Assembly (NCBI RefSeq): GCF_006345805.1
Contig: NC_043007.1
Location: forward strand, 9,176,001 to 9,240,000
Length of the DNA: 64,000 bases
Source of the DNA: Octopus sinensis
Taxonomy: Eukaryota
Direction: 5' to 3'
Shown here piece by piece: positions 39,146 to 54,383 of the stretch. A program made the position numbers and the translations under genes. The notes under the pieces are model-generated. The model searched no databases. It was given only the letters and a program-made list of their open reading frames with translations, and was not told where the DNA came from. The stretch's first letter is position 1, and every line of letters begins with the position of its first letter.

Positions 39146-39203
<58 letters not shown>

Positions 39204-39468
39204 GTGTGTGTGTGTGTAAATATAAAATTCTGAGTTTGCTTATATATAAATATAAGGCACACATACATTATATATACATACACTCAAACATATATATATG
39301 TGTTTGAATATATATGTATATATATGTACATATATGCACGTGCATATATACAATAAAGTATTTGTGTGTATATATGTATATGTATGTATATATATGTATA
39401 TATATATATATACATGTATGTATATATATATATGTATGTGCATATATATATATGTATATATATATATT

Positions 39469-39529
<61 letters not shown>

Positions 39530-40813
39530 TGTGTGTGTGTGTATGTATGTATATATGTATGTATGTATATTTACACATACATATGTTTACACATTTTGAT
39601 TTCTTATCTGTTTTGTAAACGAAGTCTTAATCTTTCTTTCCTAATCCCATTTCCATTGTGAAGTTCTCATTCTATCTTCTCTGTTCATTGGCTTCGTTTC
39701 GTAACAATGTCAAGACGCTTGACAACTGTTCAATGAAAATCATATATCCTTCGCTAATCTTTATACGCCTGATATTAGCGGCAACCAAATAGGATCGAAA
39801 AACAGTAAAACAAAAAAAAAAAAAAAAAAAAAAAAAGGAAATGATGTACTCATTTTCTTCTCTGTCGTCTTTCTTTTTATAGCTGTTGTTATATATTTTT
39901 ATATTATATTTTTTTTTCCTCTGCTGTGTTTTTTTTTTTTTATATTATTAAGATCTGAGTCATTTCCCAGGAAATCATGTTGTCTTAACAATTTCCTAGA
40001 AAAGCACTTTACTTGATTTTTTTCTTGTTTTACTGTTTGTTTATTTTTTTTTTATTTTCTGGTTAAAAAATTTCAAGAAAAAATATCATTAATTGATGTT
40101 GCTGTCTTTGTTGATACTAATTTCGTTCTTGCTTTGTTTTGTTTGGTTTTGTATGCTTGTCTTCCAGGGTTTGGCGAATATCTAATTAATCAAAGTTAAT
40201 TATCGTGATCCGAAGAGTAATTTAACAACACGCAAAAACTACGTGACATTTACAGTACCTGTTACATTGTTAAGAAGGGCTTCTGCTTAAAAGGAAAACC
40301 CTGAAAACACCTGATGTGAGAAGGTTTCAAACAGTGTAATGACACAAGGGATAGCTAGAGAGAAAGAAAATTACAGAGAAGATAGAAAGATAGAGCGAGA
40401 AAGAGGGAGGGAGAGACAGAGGAAAGAAAGGAGGGAGTAGGAGAGGGAAAACAGTATGAGATACAAGGTGTATGAAGTTAGTATAATTGCTAGAATATAT
40501 ATTTGCTTGACCCCTATAGAAACATGACCAAACAATGAATAACACGTGTGTGAGTGTGTATGCCTTTGTGCGTGTATGTGTATGTATGTGTGTGTAAGGG
40601 TGGAAATGTGAGGGAGTATTACTTTATTCTGAGGTGCGACTGTGATTTTACTATAATCAAGTTTTATATTATATTCACCGCCTTTCTTGTACAGAGCATA
40701 GAAATTTTTTAAATTTCTCTCTCGCTTTACTGGATGTCTCTACTCATATACATCGCATCCCAACATACTACGTGTATATGTATATATGTGCGTGTGTCTT
40801 TATGTTTGTTTGT

Positions 40814-40842
<29 letters not shown>

Positions 40843-40845
<3 letters not shown>

Positions 40846-41103
40846 CATCATCATCATCATTGTTCGACCGTGGTCGAGACAATGGAATTTACTATGTTAC
40901 GCCAGACTTCACGGTCCATCATAGCATTACGGAGGTCCTGTTGCTGGATGCCTGTATCCTTGGAGATTACATCAGGGTAGGAGAGTGTGCGCCCTCTGGT
41001 ATTGCGAGTAGATGGCTTCCAGAGGAGAAGAGTAGAAATTACTTCTTTTTCAGCTCTACAACAATGTCCAGCAAACTGGACTCTCCTACCTTTCACAAGA
41101 GAT
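40843..41103 (-). mobile_element. 3' end of RTE/RTE-X-like LINE with (GAT)n tail
   Basis: RRVQFAGHCCRAEKEVISTLLLW...YPDVISKDTG...AMMDREVWR, stop, then a TGA-repeat tail. Confidence 0.8.
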
Positions 41104-41104
41104 G

Positions 41105-41169
<65 letters not shown>

Positions 41170-41282
41170 TGTGTGTGTGTACATGCCTGATTAAAAGGGA
41201 TATCTAATCCTGATGGTTAACGTGTTTCCTTTTGAATGAGTTTCCTATGAAACTAACCAAAACTGTCCTTTAGTGATACCGT

Positions 41283-41850
<568 letters not shown>

Positions 41851-42692
41851 CATCACGAAAATTAACATACTGATAGCAGACTTGGAATAATGAACAATGT
41901 GTTCCCTCTATACGAACCCTATGAAACGAAGAAACATATACAGAACTTCATGCACCACATGCAGTTCTCTGAAAATTATCAGAAAGATAGGTTTCGAGTA
42001 TATAGGGGAGCTAGAAAGAAATTAGATAACATTATACAATGAATAACTACTCCAAATGGTAGCATTTTACATTGCAATACTAGCATTGCGATACTATACA
42101 ATATTTGACTGGCAACCTTTTACAATGTTATATTTGCATTGATAGTCATATATATATGTGTGTGTGTGTGTGTGAGTGCAACTGTAAAGGTCTCCAGTAT
42201 TCAGCTCAACCATAGTGATGGTAGCCGATGGCTTAGTCAACGACTTAAGAGAGACAAAGAAGGATACTCCCATCAAAGCGTGTGGGACAAGTTTCACATG
42301 TAGAGGATCTGCCCAAGGGAAGACCACCGCTGCAATAGATATAGGATATAATATACTATACCATCTATATATCTGTAATGTAAGGACAGGACGATTCAAT
42401 AAAACTCTGGAAAATATCTATGATTCCTTTAGTCACAACAAGAGATTGAACGTGTGATCGAACGTACAGTTTCAGAAAATAAGCTAAAAAATATATATGC
42501 ATATTACATAGTAAGTAGATTTACGAACGACGGAATATTATTGAGCAAAAGATACATAAGAGAATAAATATAAATGATACATAAAAGTAAAATATCGGCA
42601 TTAGTGAAGTACACCTCAGTACATACAAACAACTTCTGAAAATGGCGTCTTGGAAGACACTTGTAATCGTAGACGACTAGACAAGCGATATA

Positions 42693-42734
<42 letters not shown>

Positions 42735-42817
42735 GTATATATATATATATATATATACATATATATATTGATAGATAGGTATATGCATATATATTATATA
42801 TATTAATATATGTACGT

Positions 42818-42911
<94 letters not shown>

Positions 42912-42949
42912 TATTCATAGACAGATATACGCTTATATATATATATATA

Positions 42950-42995
<46 letters not shown>

Positions 42996-43029
42996 TATAT
43001 TGATAGATAGATATACGCATATATATATA

Positions 43030-43083
<54 letters not shown>

Positions 43084-44422
43084 CATATATATATATATAA
43101 TATTAATATATTATATATATATATTCACACACACATACATGTAAAATTCACACACATCTATACATATCTATCGCTCTTCTGTGTACGTATATATGCCTCG
43201 CTATCTTTTTTTCCCTCTCCCCCTCTTACCTTCTGTCTACCTATATCTATCTCAATCTATCTATCTATCTATCCACCTACCAATCAATCTATACCTGTGT
43301 GTGTGTGCATACATGCGTGGATGCATAAGTGTGTGAGCATTTTTGAATGGTTACACATTAAACTTTTCTTTTGATGTATATATCTCCATTACCACATCAA
43401 TGTTTTTGTTTAACCAAATTCATCCCCCGTTTTCGGAGGACATTTGTGTATCAACAAAGTCACTGTCAATATATATGGTTTTATTTAAGAAACGAGCGTC
43501 TGATTTCTATGAATCGTGGCTCTTACTTTTAGCAGGTCTAACAATGACAAACTGAATCTATCTTCGTACCTACTTTTAATGATAGCCACAGACATTTCGA
43601 CGTTGATGGAAAACGAACGATGCATCATCATAACGCTAGTGTAATGATTGAACTTAATAACAGAAAGCTGGTCAACGTTGTACTTAAATATGAATATCGG
43701 CGATGTTTTATGTCCTGTAGAATTAATGAAATATGAGAGATAATTTCTCGAAAGAAATGTTTTTGAATACTAAACATGGGTCAATTATAAGCAGCACTTT
43801 GTTACTTTAATGAATTTCGAAGATCACCAGACCAATATACGTAGAAATTGTGTATAAATAACCAATTTAATATAGGCGCAATAACAAAGAACAGAACACA
43901 CAGCTTAATAATACTACTTCTGTTGATTCGATTCTATTCACACTCACACTTTAGCGAAACCCATCAAAACCATCCGTCTTTGTCTTCAACGAAGATATTT
44001 CTTAATGACATTTATGGACCAACTCCAAATCGTCTGAATCATCTCCGTAATCCTCTCATACACAGCCCGTTCTGGTCTGTCGATTTCACTAAAGATTTTC
44101 TACTTATTTCCAATAGTTGATTTTCGTTTCTCTTCCTAGTCCCATATAAAGCAATCAATAACAGCAAATATGATTGCTTTGAAAGGGAAAAGATAGAGAG
44201 AATGGCAAAGAAACACAAATAAGCTTATCTTCTATTCAATACTTATTATGGAAAACGTATTTAATTTGAGGTTTCTTTCTTCTTCGTTTAATTTTCTTCG
44301 CTGATCCTTTTTAACGAGATTCTTTTCGTCTTAAACATGTCTGCCTTGACGTGTAGCTAAATATTTGCCCCCTCTTAAAGTGTCGTTTGGATTTAGGTCA
44401 TTTTAATAAAATTCTGATCTAT

Positions 44423-44800
44423 AGGCGTGGATGTGTGTTAATAAAATTGCTCCCCAAACACACGGTTTCAGTCTCAGTCCCACTGCGTGGCATCCTTGAA
44501 CAAGTGTCTTCTACTATAGCATAAGGCCGACAAAATGCTGTGAATGGATTTCGTCGAGGGAAACTAAAAGAATCCTGCCGTATATATGTATAAATATAAG
44601 TGAATATGTGTGTGTATGTAAGTGTGTTTTTTTGTGTCTGTGTTTGTTCCTCACTACCTCTTGACAACCGGTGATGGTGTATTTACATCGACGTAATCTA
44701 ACGGTTCAGCACATGAGACCTGTAGAATAAATGTCAGGCCTTAAAAAAGCACTGGAGGCCGATTTGTTTGACGAAAACTTCTTCAAGATGGTTGAGCATG
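44423..44800 (+). mobile_element. SINE family A, old copy
   Basis: Diverged head, body and tail. Confidence 0.7.
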
Positions 44801-44944
44801 AATGGGCTAGGTTTCTATAAGAATCCTGTGGGATCCGAATAAAATAATCTTAAATAATAATATGTCCTGCTTTGTTATTTTCTTTTGTTTGTCCACTCAT
44901 TCTTATAAATAAATACATACATACATACATAGTACATACATACA

Positions 44945-44988
<44 letters not shown>

Positions 44989-45329
44989 ATGTGTGTGTAT
45001 GTGTAGATGTATGTATTTATACACATGCACTTTCACGCTCTTCCAGTTGTAAGTTTAATCGTACTATTCTCAAAAATGCACCATTCTTGCAATATTATAT
45101 AAGAAAACAGAAAATAAAAGATGTCTGTATTCGTCTCTATTCACAAGTGTTATGGTTATTGTGAATCCATGGACCTATCGATCTTATACAATCGGAGCAT
45201 TACTCTAAAATATCGAATATAGTACTACAGTGATACATAATATAAGAAATTTGATTTCTTTAAAGGAAAATACAGGGCAGGATGCAGGGACATGATTTTT
45301 AATCGTATAAAATGAAATAAAATATGCTA

Positions 45330-45700
45330 TGAGATTTCAATCTGACTGTAAGTAAAATAACCAAGATGGCTATAGCAGGAAATATTGAACGAGACAAGGT
45401 AGCAGTGAAAATGTATAAAGGATACCACACACAAATCTGTGAGTAAAATATTTTGATAGGTGCTAAAATGTAACACTTTCTCACAAGAGACGTCTGAAAT
45501 AGAAAATAAAGAGTGAATAGCATTTAAGAACAGAATATATGGATATCCAGGTTGTTGCAATCAGGTACATGGCTTCTGGTTACTCCGTCTTAGGTAAAGC
45601 CGAGAGGATAGATATGCAAATATAGCAGAGTTAAAAGGCTAAAGAGGCTGTACAGAGTTTATTCAAAAGATAAATTAAGGAAAGGGACGGTGGGAATACG
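45330..45700 (+). pseudogene. Possible highly decayed RTE-like RT 3' region
   Basis: Only fragmentary resemblance (LYGAETWTL-like and AFEN.IY-like nucleotide traces). Confidence 0.25.
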
Positions 45701-46822
45701 TGTCATAAAACATGAGTGAATGACAAAAAAAACTGTCGATAATCTATGCCATGTTGATGTATTCAGATAGAGAGATAAAGTGATCGCATGTGAAACGATG
45801 TAACTCAACCAGTCTACGGTAATATATGTTAAGAAAGACGTAGAAATTGCGGTAACCGAAATAATATTGAATAGTTGAACCTATGAATGCCCCATAGAAT
45901 TAATGGTAAACGTATTGGGCTATTTCTGAAATCTTTATCAGAAAATCCCGAAAGCGTAATCTATATTGTGTCTGTATCAAAAGATAGTCGCTCATCTGCT
46001 AATCATTGAAAAGTGAAGAAAATTAGAATACGACGATTACTCAATGCACTTTATATACTTTATGCACGATTTGAGTGACTTAATAAACAGCACTCTCCCT
46101 CTTTCACTCTCACCTCACTATTGGTCTTACCCCCTTTTTTTCTCGCATTTTTCTTTCGCTCTCCGCCTTTCCCTCAACTAATCACGTGAAAACGTTACAA
46201 ACGGGCTAGGCAACAGAGGAAAGAAACTTAGTTTAAGAAAATTACATATTTCACTGACCACCACCTCTCCCCGCCCTCCCACCCTTCCTATTCTTCAGCA
46301 CCCTCCCATTCATTCCTCCCACCCATTCTCCCCTCCCCTTTAACTAATCAAACGGAAACCTTACAGACGGGCTAAGTTACGGAGTGACCAACAGAATTAT
46401 CATAATGGTTTCGTGGTTGCGATAAATAAGTGGTGCATGCAAAAAAATAAAGCTAGACATGAAATAGCATTAATAGGATTTGAACACATATATGGCCTCG
46501 AATATCTGCTATGCTCTAAATACACCTGGCCCTCAGACAGTTAGGACGATGTGTGTTGTAGGTGGTCCGGTGAATGGACTGCCTGTTCGTGAAATTAACG
46601 TGCAAATGACTGAGCACTCCGCAGACACATGACAGAGAATGTAACAATTCTGGCCCTTTGAAAAATACAGATACTGCACATTTTTACTAGCTGTGTGAAC
46701 TAGAACTTGACGAAAAAAAGTGTCTTACTCAAGGATACAACGCGCCGCCGGGAATTGATATCACAATATTGCGATCGATGAGTCAAATGTCCTAACCACT
46801 GAGCCACGAACCTTCAGACACG

Positions 46823-46883
<61 letters not shown>

Positions 46884-46924
46884 CACGCACACACACACAC
46901 ACACTCACTCACACACATGCACAT

Positions 46925-47220
46925 GGAGGCTCATGGCCTAGTGGTTAGAGCAGCGGACTCGCGGTCGAGGGATCGCGTGTTCGAATCTCAGACCGGGCGG
47001 TGTGTGTGTTTATGAGCGAAACACCTAAGCTCCACGCGGCTCCAGCAGAAGGTAATGGCGAACTTCTGCTGACTCTTTCGCCACAACTTTCTGTCACTCT
47101 TTCCTCCTGCATCTTGCAGCTCACTTGCGACGGACCGGCGTCTCGTTCAGGTGGGGAACCTATACGTCAAGGAAACCGGGAATCCGGTCCTTATGAGCCA
47201 GGCATGACTCGAGAAGTAAT
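46925..47220 (+). mobile_element. SINE family C, tail type ii
   Basis: Head plus GCGACGGACCGGCGTCTCG...GAAACCGGGAATCCGG tail. Confidence 0.8.
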
Positions 47221-47645
47221 AAACAAACACGCGCACATGCACACACACACAGACACACACACAGCTGCAACGCACACACACACGCATACAAAATTTTATT
47301 TAATATAGACATACCGATGAAATGAACGTAGCATTAATTTAGTCATAAGAAATATATCCCAAATGAAAGATATGCGGTCTCCCCACACAGTCTTCTCCAA
47401 ACCATACGAGTGTGGGATATATTTTACGGAGCTGTCTGCGCTCATGTCATTCCAATTCATGTGCACACGATCGACACAATGTTTTCCTATTGTCTCCCAA
47501 GCTGTGACTATCCTCACCCTGGAACACTCTTCGTTCATTTCTTCATATGAAACTGGCTCTCTAAAATGATCTCTTTAAGCATCTTTATGAAACCGCCAGT
47601 TTGTAACAATGCAATAATGCGCCAATCACAATGTTCCATTATAAC

Positions 47646-47731
<86 letters not shown>

Positions 47732-47794
47732 TGTGTGTGTGTGCGTGCGTATGTGTGTGTATGTGTGTGTGTGTGTGTGTGAGTTTGTGTGTGT

Positions 47795-47990
47795 GTGTTT
47801 GTCCTCCCCAACATCGCTTGACAACCGATGCTGGTGTATTTACGTCCTCGTAACTGAGCGGTCCGGCAAAAGAGCAACCGATAGAACAAGTACTAGGCTT
47901 ACAAAGAACAAGTCCTGGGGTCGATTTTCTCGACCAAAGGCGGTGTTCCAGCATGGCCGCAGTCAAATGACTGAAACAAGTAAAAGAGTA
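47795..47990 (+). mobile_element. SINE family A 3' half
   Basis: CATCGCTTGACAACCGATGCTGG...GACTGAAACAAGTAAAAGAG. Confidence 0.85.
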
Positions 47991-48852
47991 TAGAGAGTAT
48001 ATTATGATTGCTAAAAGAAATACGGGGTGAACCTCGCACGCAGCAATTAACTCATATACATTCATTCAATCGACAGGTTTCTAAGAAATTTCCATCAGCT
48101 AAATTCGCTCAACAAGGCTTAGGTCAGCTTAGGATTATATAAGAGAAGGCAACTTGTTCAAGATGGCGCTTAATGATATCGAACCTGAAATCACGTGGCA
48201 ACAAAACGAATTACTTAACCACAGAGTCGTTCCTGCGTATAAAAAGCTGTACAGCTAAACCTCTACACCTACATCACAAACAGCAGTTGCAACGTAAATA
48301 ACTACAACGTAGGAAACAAGTATATGTCATTCAGTATTAATCTCACCACATTCCACAGATTAACAAATTCACGATTTGACTTCAACCGGTTAATGAAATA
48401 CTTATCATATAAGTAATCTTGCTAATTTAATGCTACATATCCAGAGGGGGTAATAATTTATTTCTCCAGTTCGCTACAATATTTTCTTCCCCCACTTTTT
48501 TTGTTGTTGTTCATTTTACTGTTAAAATTGATTTTCTTGTTAATATAGTCATTGCTATGTTGTTATTTATTTTGTTGTTGATGTTCCTCTTGTTGTTTTT
48601 GTTGCTGCTGCTGTTGCTGTTGTTGTTGGTGGTGGTGGTGGTACTAATGTTATTGTTATTTACGTTGATACTGTAGGTGAGATGAATTTTTCTTGCTTTT
48701 TTGCATGTTTTAGCATAAATGAATTTTCCATTTCATTACATATGCATGCATGCATCTGTATGTATATATGAATTGTATGTATGCATGTATGTCTGTCTGT
48801 GTGTCTGACTAACTGTCTGTATGCATACGCATATATAAATATATGTGCATGT

Positions 48853-48903
<51 letters not shown>

Positions 48904-48904
48904 A

Positions 48905-49312
48905 AGCGCAAAACGTGGTTGTGTTGTAACAAGCCTGCTCCTCAACCACATGATCGCAGGTTAAGTCCTACTGCATGGCACCTTGGGCAAGTATCTTCTT
49001 CTATATCCTCGAGCAGCCCAAAGCCTTGTGAGTGGGTTTGGTAAACGGATTTCGTGGATTTGGTGAGTGGATTTAGTAGAAAGAATCTAGTCGTATATAT
49101 ATATTTGTGTGTTTGTGTTTGTTTCCCCACCACCGTTTGACAACCGATTTTGGTGTATTTACATCCCCGTAACTTAGTGGGTTCGCAAAAAGTTACCGAT
49201 ATAATAAGTAATAGGCTTACAAAGAATAAGTCCTGGGGTCGATTTGCTTCACTAAATGTGATGCACTAGCATGGCCGCAACCAAATGACTGAAACAGATA
49301 AAAGTATAAAAG
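48905..49312 (+). mobile_element. SINE family A
   Basis: Head to tail. Confidence 0.8.
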
Positions 49313-49429
49313 AACATATATAACTTTTTACGTAGCTAGCTACTTACTTTTCTATTCATCTATATACCTGTCTGTTTGTGTGTATATCTTCGCGTATGTA
49401 CTTCTACGTATATTCTTTTCTAATCTAGA

Positions 49430-49815
49430 CACAAGGCCCGAAATTTTGGGGGTAGCGGTCCGTCCAGTCGATTACATCGACCGCAGTAAGCGACTGGTAC
49501 TTAATTTATCGATCCTGCAAGGATGAAACGCAAAGTCGACCTCAGCGGAATTTGAACCCAGCACGTAAAGACGTACGAAATACCTATTTCTTTATTACCC
49601 ACAAGGGGCTAAACACAGAGGGGACAAACAAGGACAGACATAGTTATTAAGTCGATTATATCGATCCCAGTGCATAACTGGTACTTATTTAATCGACCCC
49701 GAAAGGATGAAAGGCAAAGTCGACCTCGGCGGAATTTGAACTCACAATGTAACGACAGACGAAATACCGCTGAGCATTTCACCCAGCGTGCTAACGTTTC
49801 TGCCATCCAGTCGCC
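49430..49815 (-). mobile_element. Composite SINE family B (head-core-Tx1-like tail-core-tail 2)
   Basis: Tx1-like terminus at 49587-49619, between two cores. Confidence 0.85.
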
Positions 49816-50365
49816 TTTACATATACCTATATTGAAATGTTTGTATATGTGTGTGTGAGGTGCATGTGTATGTGTATCTTTGCACAATTCTATATGCGAC
49901 TTCTGTAGGTTCTTTGCAGGAGAGAAACCACATACAGCAATATATATACACTCAGAATCTCGCTTCTTAAGAGCTCCAGGCGAGATTTTTATTACGCAAG
50001 ACAGTGCGTGTGTATATTGCTGTATATGTTTATACGTCTGGTCGTAGATTGTGTGTACATGTACCATTACAGGGTGAGCGCATGCTACTTCTTCGGTATA
50101 TGCCTGTAAAGTTTCACTTATAATTATGCGCCTATTATCATAGTAGGATGCACAAATGGAGAATTTCTGAAATACTTTACAGATCTTCACTGTTACACTA
50201 ATCTCTCGGATTAAGAGGAAACGAGATAATCTGTTTTCTTCTGCCTTTATAAGATCCAACATTTTAAAGTTTAACTCTGTTACTTAATACGACGGTAACT
50301 TTTGCTGAACCGTTGCGCTCTCGATTGGTGAAAAGAAACACAAATACGCACGCACGCACACTTAT

Positions 50366-50645
50366 ACATACATACATAAATACATACATACATACATACA
50401 TACATACATACATACATACATACATACATACATACATAAATACATACATACATACACACACACATACATACATACATAAATACATACATACATACATACA
50501 TACATACACACATACATACATACATACATACACACACACATACATACATATATACATGCATGTGTGCTTGCATGCTTGCTTATATACATATATACAGGCA
50601 TGCATGTATGCATACATACATACATATGTACATAGATACATACAC
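50366..50645. repeat. (TACA)n microsatellite
   Basis: Direct reading. Confidence 0.95.
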
Positions 50646-51426
50646 ATATGTATGCACTCCCATATATATTTATAAATTACAGGCTTCCACACAGTTTCTG
50701 TCTACGAGAACAATAGAAGATATTTGCCAAACGTGCGGCGCAGTGAGAGTGAACCGAAACCATCTGACTGCAAAGTGATCTTTTAAACCACACAGCAATA
50801 TATGCTCCTCATAGGAATGCTTCCGCCTAGGGTTATAGTGATTGCTCTAATACTAAGGGATATTTGTGAGGATAAATTCGCGGTCTTTCGTTTCTGTTGT
50901 TGTGTATAGCAGACAAAAAAAAAAATGGAACAAAACACTATTTCTCACTAGTGAGCTATAGAGTCTAATTGATATCTTGCTTTTTAGATTGAGTTTCAGG
51001 AGAGTAGCAAGACTGCTTAGCATACTTAGCCATGATCGGTTAGGTCCACCAACCTTCTAATCAATGTTCAAACCATGTATTATTTATTAGTTTAGCAAAG
51101 ATTTTGAAGAAACGCATTCATGATATATTTGTACAATCTATATATAACAAAGTTCATGTTATATATATATATATATATGCAACAATCATGTATCTGTATA
51201 ATTTGAAATGTGGTTCACGCTTATGGGGTCCACATGAATACTTGACTCCTCTACTGATGTTCCATCAGTTTCTAACAGGGGGAGACTTGCTCTTTCCGTA
51301 ATGGTAATTTTGTCAAGGGAAGAACCTATGAGGAAGAAACTCTACATAATAAAATGAAGGATGAAGCGCCGGCCGTGATCATGTTCGTTAACGAATTGCT
51401 AGCAGCTATCATTTATGCATATATGC

Positions 51427-51486
<60 letters not shown>

Positions 51487-51529
51487 TAGCTTAAGTGACC
51501 CGCGGGTAAGAGTGTGGTTGTTACTTTCT

Positions 51530-51863
51530 GTTGCTTCCTTTCAGCACGTAAAAAGCACCATCCGAACGTGGCCGATTGCAGCGCCGCCTTGACTGGCTTC
51601 TGTGCCGGTGGCACGTAAAAAGCACCAACCGATCTTGGCCGCTGCCAGCCGCCCCTGGCACATGTGCCGGCGGCACGAAAAATGCACCCACTGCACACAC
51701 AGAGTGGTTGGCGTTAGGAAGGGCATCCACCTGTAGAAACACTGCCAGATCAGACTGGAGCCTGGTGCAGCCTCCTGGCTTCCCAGAACCCGATCAAACT
51801 GTCCAACCCGTGCTAGCACGGAAAATGGACGTTAAACGATGATGATGATGATGATGATGATGA
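51530..51863 (+). mobile_element. SINE-like element with GGCGTTAGGAAGGGCATCC motif and (GAT)n tail
   Basis: Internal GCACGTAAAAAGCACC repeats; 3' end GGACGTTAAACGATGATG; second copy at 59190-59427. Confidence 0.8.
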
Positions 51864-53768
51864 TTCTCCCCTTTGTTTCTCTCTCCTTTCTCTCTCACTT
51901 TTCCACTCTCTTACTATTCTTTTCTCTCGGACTCTCCCTCGCTTTCTCTTACTCTCTATCTTTATCTATCAATTTCCGATTTATAAACAACAAAAGATCT
52001 TGAGTAAGTTGAGAAATAAAATATTTTGAAAGATCAATCATAAATATCAGGCAGTGACAACGGAAAGGTCTGCTTCAAGGCAGACAGCAAAACACTAACA
52101 TTTAAAAGGGACAGACGAACTTGCGAGCTGAATAAAAATAATAAAATATTGGAAACCAAAGTTTGAAGGGATAGAATGTGAGGATAGTAGAGTCACCATG
52201 GCTGGCATTTCTTAACGACAGAAGCAACGTATTGACAGTTTAACGGCTGCCGTAAAATTTTGAACTTGATGTAAAAGAAAATTCCTAAACACCAAGTTTT
52301 GAAGTGATTCTTTCTCACGACAGTAGACTCACCATGGTAAGCATTCAAAACTTCTTCATCATGGACGGCAACACATTGACGATTAAAAGGCTGGCGCAAA
52401 TTTTTTAGCTTAATGTAACAGAGAATTCCTAAACACCCGCTCCTTTAAATTTTAATCCCTTTCCAGCCCCATTTAGACACTTTTTCACATTTTGGTTAAT
52501 ATAACCCGATTTCATTCGGGTCTACTGGGGCCACATTTTATAAGATGAGGAATTTTGTCCTAGAGTTCATGCCTTTCATTTGAGGAAAAAATAGTTGTCA
52601 TGCAAACTTGCCAGCACTTTTAACATAGGTGTGCATATTTTCAGCTCAACCGACCTCATAATGCACACATTATATGTGTGTGTGTGCACGCATTATATAT
52701 ACAAATGTATAAAAATTATATATATATATGTATAAATTAAATTAGAGATAAAACCACTAATAGGCAAATCAAACAGTGAGAAACATAAACCAAAACATAA
52801 AAATAAAACTATAATACACAAAATATATAAAATATAAAATTGAAAATTTTAAATTATTTAAATTTAAAATTAAAATTATTTATTTATATTTATAATTTAA
52901 AAAAGATATATATAACTATCGAAAAGTATTAAAAAGTTTAATATGCATAAATACAGATATATACACTTTGTATATATACATTATATATACATATTTATAT
53001 ATAGAACTCACACACACACACACACACATACACACACACATATATAAATTAACCCAATAAATATCTGATTCATAATATTTGTTCTCATGATTGGGTGGTG
53101 GTGGTGGCGATGATAATTCTGTCTATGAATGCAGACAGACGTAGAGAGAGAGAGAGAGTGTGAAAGCGCTGTCGAAGGGGGGAGGGGGAGATATAGAACG
53201 CCGTTTGAGGACGTTATAAAGAGAAAGTAAAGGGGAGTTAGACGCTGTTAGACGACGTTATATATAGAAAGTGATGGGAAGGGAGGAAAGAGAATGTGTG
53301 ACGGAGGAAGACAGATACATAAAAGAATGGGAGTCGACTTATCAAAGTGCGTTTTTGGCCCTAGCAATGACACCTTTTAAGATGGGGATTTCTAAGCTAG
53401 CCCACTGGCATAGGCACCTCATTTTACATGTCCCTGTAAATTCTGGAGTCAATCCGATGGGATCTAGTGGCTTTTAACTCGTTCTCAATGTCAAAACCAG
53501 ACAAACAAACAAACAAACTTTTCGCATTTCAGTTTTATAATATATATATATATATATAATATATTAATATATATAATATATATATTATATATATATATAC
53601 ATATATATATGTATGTATGTATATATGTATGTATGTATAAAATTAGAGACAAAACTAACAGTATGCAACTATTATACTTTGAAATTTGATTTAATACTAA
53701 ATAAAATTTTCCCTGTAAGTTTGGAGTTATACTCCATATATATATATGTGTATATATATAATATATAT

Positions 53769-53799
<31 letters not shown>

Positions 53800-54117
53800 A
53801 TATATTATATGTATGTATATATATATATATATATGTATGCAAATTACAGGAATACGTAAACAAACGAAGGGGAAAACTAGTGAAGTACGTAAACAACAAA
53901 AAAGACTCTTCATCAGTTGTGGGTTGCTTATCTACTCCTCATTTCGAGCATTGAATGACAATATGAGTCCTGAAAGAAATGTAGGATTTATGGGAACAAA
54001 AATGACAGTGGAGAAATACAAGGAAAACGAACAAAAACAAACAAGGAAAGTCGTTAGACCAGAACGGGAGGAAAATAGTGAAAGTATTTTTTTAAAAGAG
54101 AATATGAGAATATGAGA

Positions 54118-54152
<35 letters not shown>

Positions 54153-54248
54153 ACGGGAAGCTTTATGAAAATAAACAAAAACGAAGGCAGGTGGAAAACA
54201 AACGAACATTGTATTAGTTTGCGCTCAGGAAATATAAATAAAACAAGT

Positions 54249-54284
54249 CTTTAACGTTTCGAGCCTACGCTCTTCAACAGAAAG
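54249..54284 (-). ncRNA. Hammerhead-like motif with variant core (CUGUUGA)
   Basis: CTTT-CTGTTGA-A-GAGC-GTAG-GCTC-GAAA-CG-TT-AAAG. Confidence 0.5.
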
Positions 54285-54342
54285 ATACACAGAGAGAGAA
54301 AAACACAGAAAGAAGAGAGAAAAAAAAATGCGTGCAGTAGCT

Positions 54343-54383
<41 letters not shown>

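Noticed and set aside
42215-42457. Possible second GIY-YIG fragment
   Set aside because: Resemblance too weak to support without a profile search.
44140-44222. Candidate terminal exon PYKAINNSKYDCFEREK...
   Set aside because: Acceptor only, no linked exon; open frames of this length are expected by chance.
49609-50262. 217-aa minus-strand ORF
   Set aside because: It runs through SINE B and (CA)/(TA) tracts with no recognisable domain; likely a chance ORF.
53860-53975. Circularly permuted (type II) hammerhead around TCATCAG at 53910
   Set aside because: Stem III and stem I do not pair; at best a decayed PLE-type remnant.
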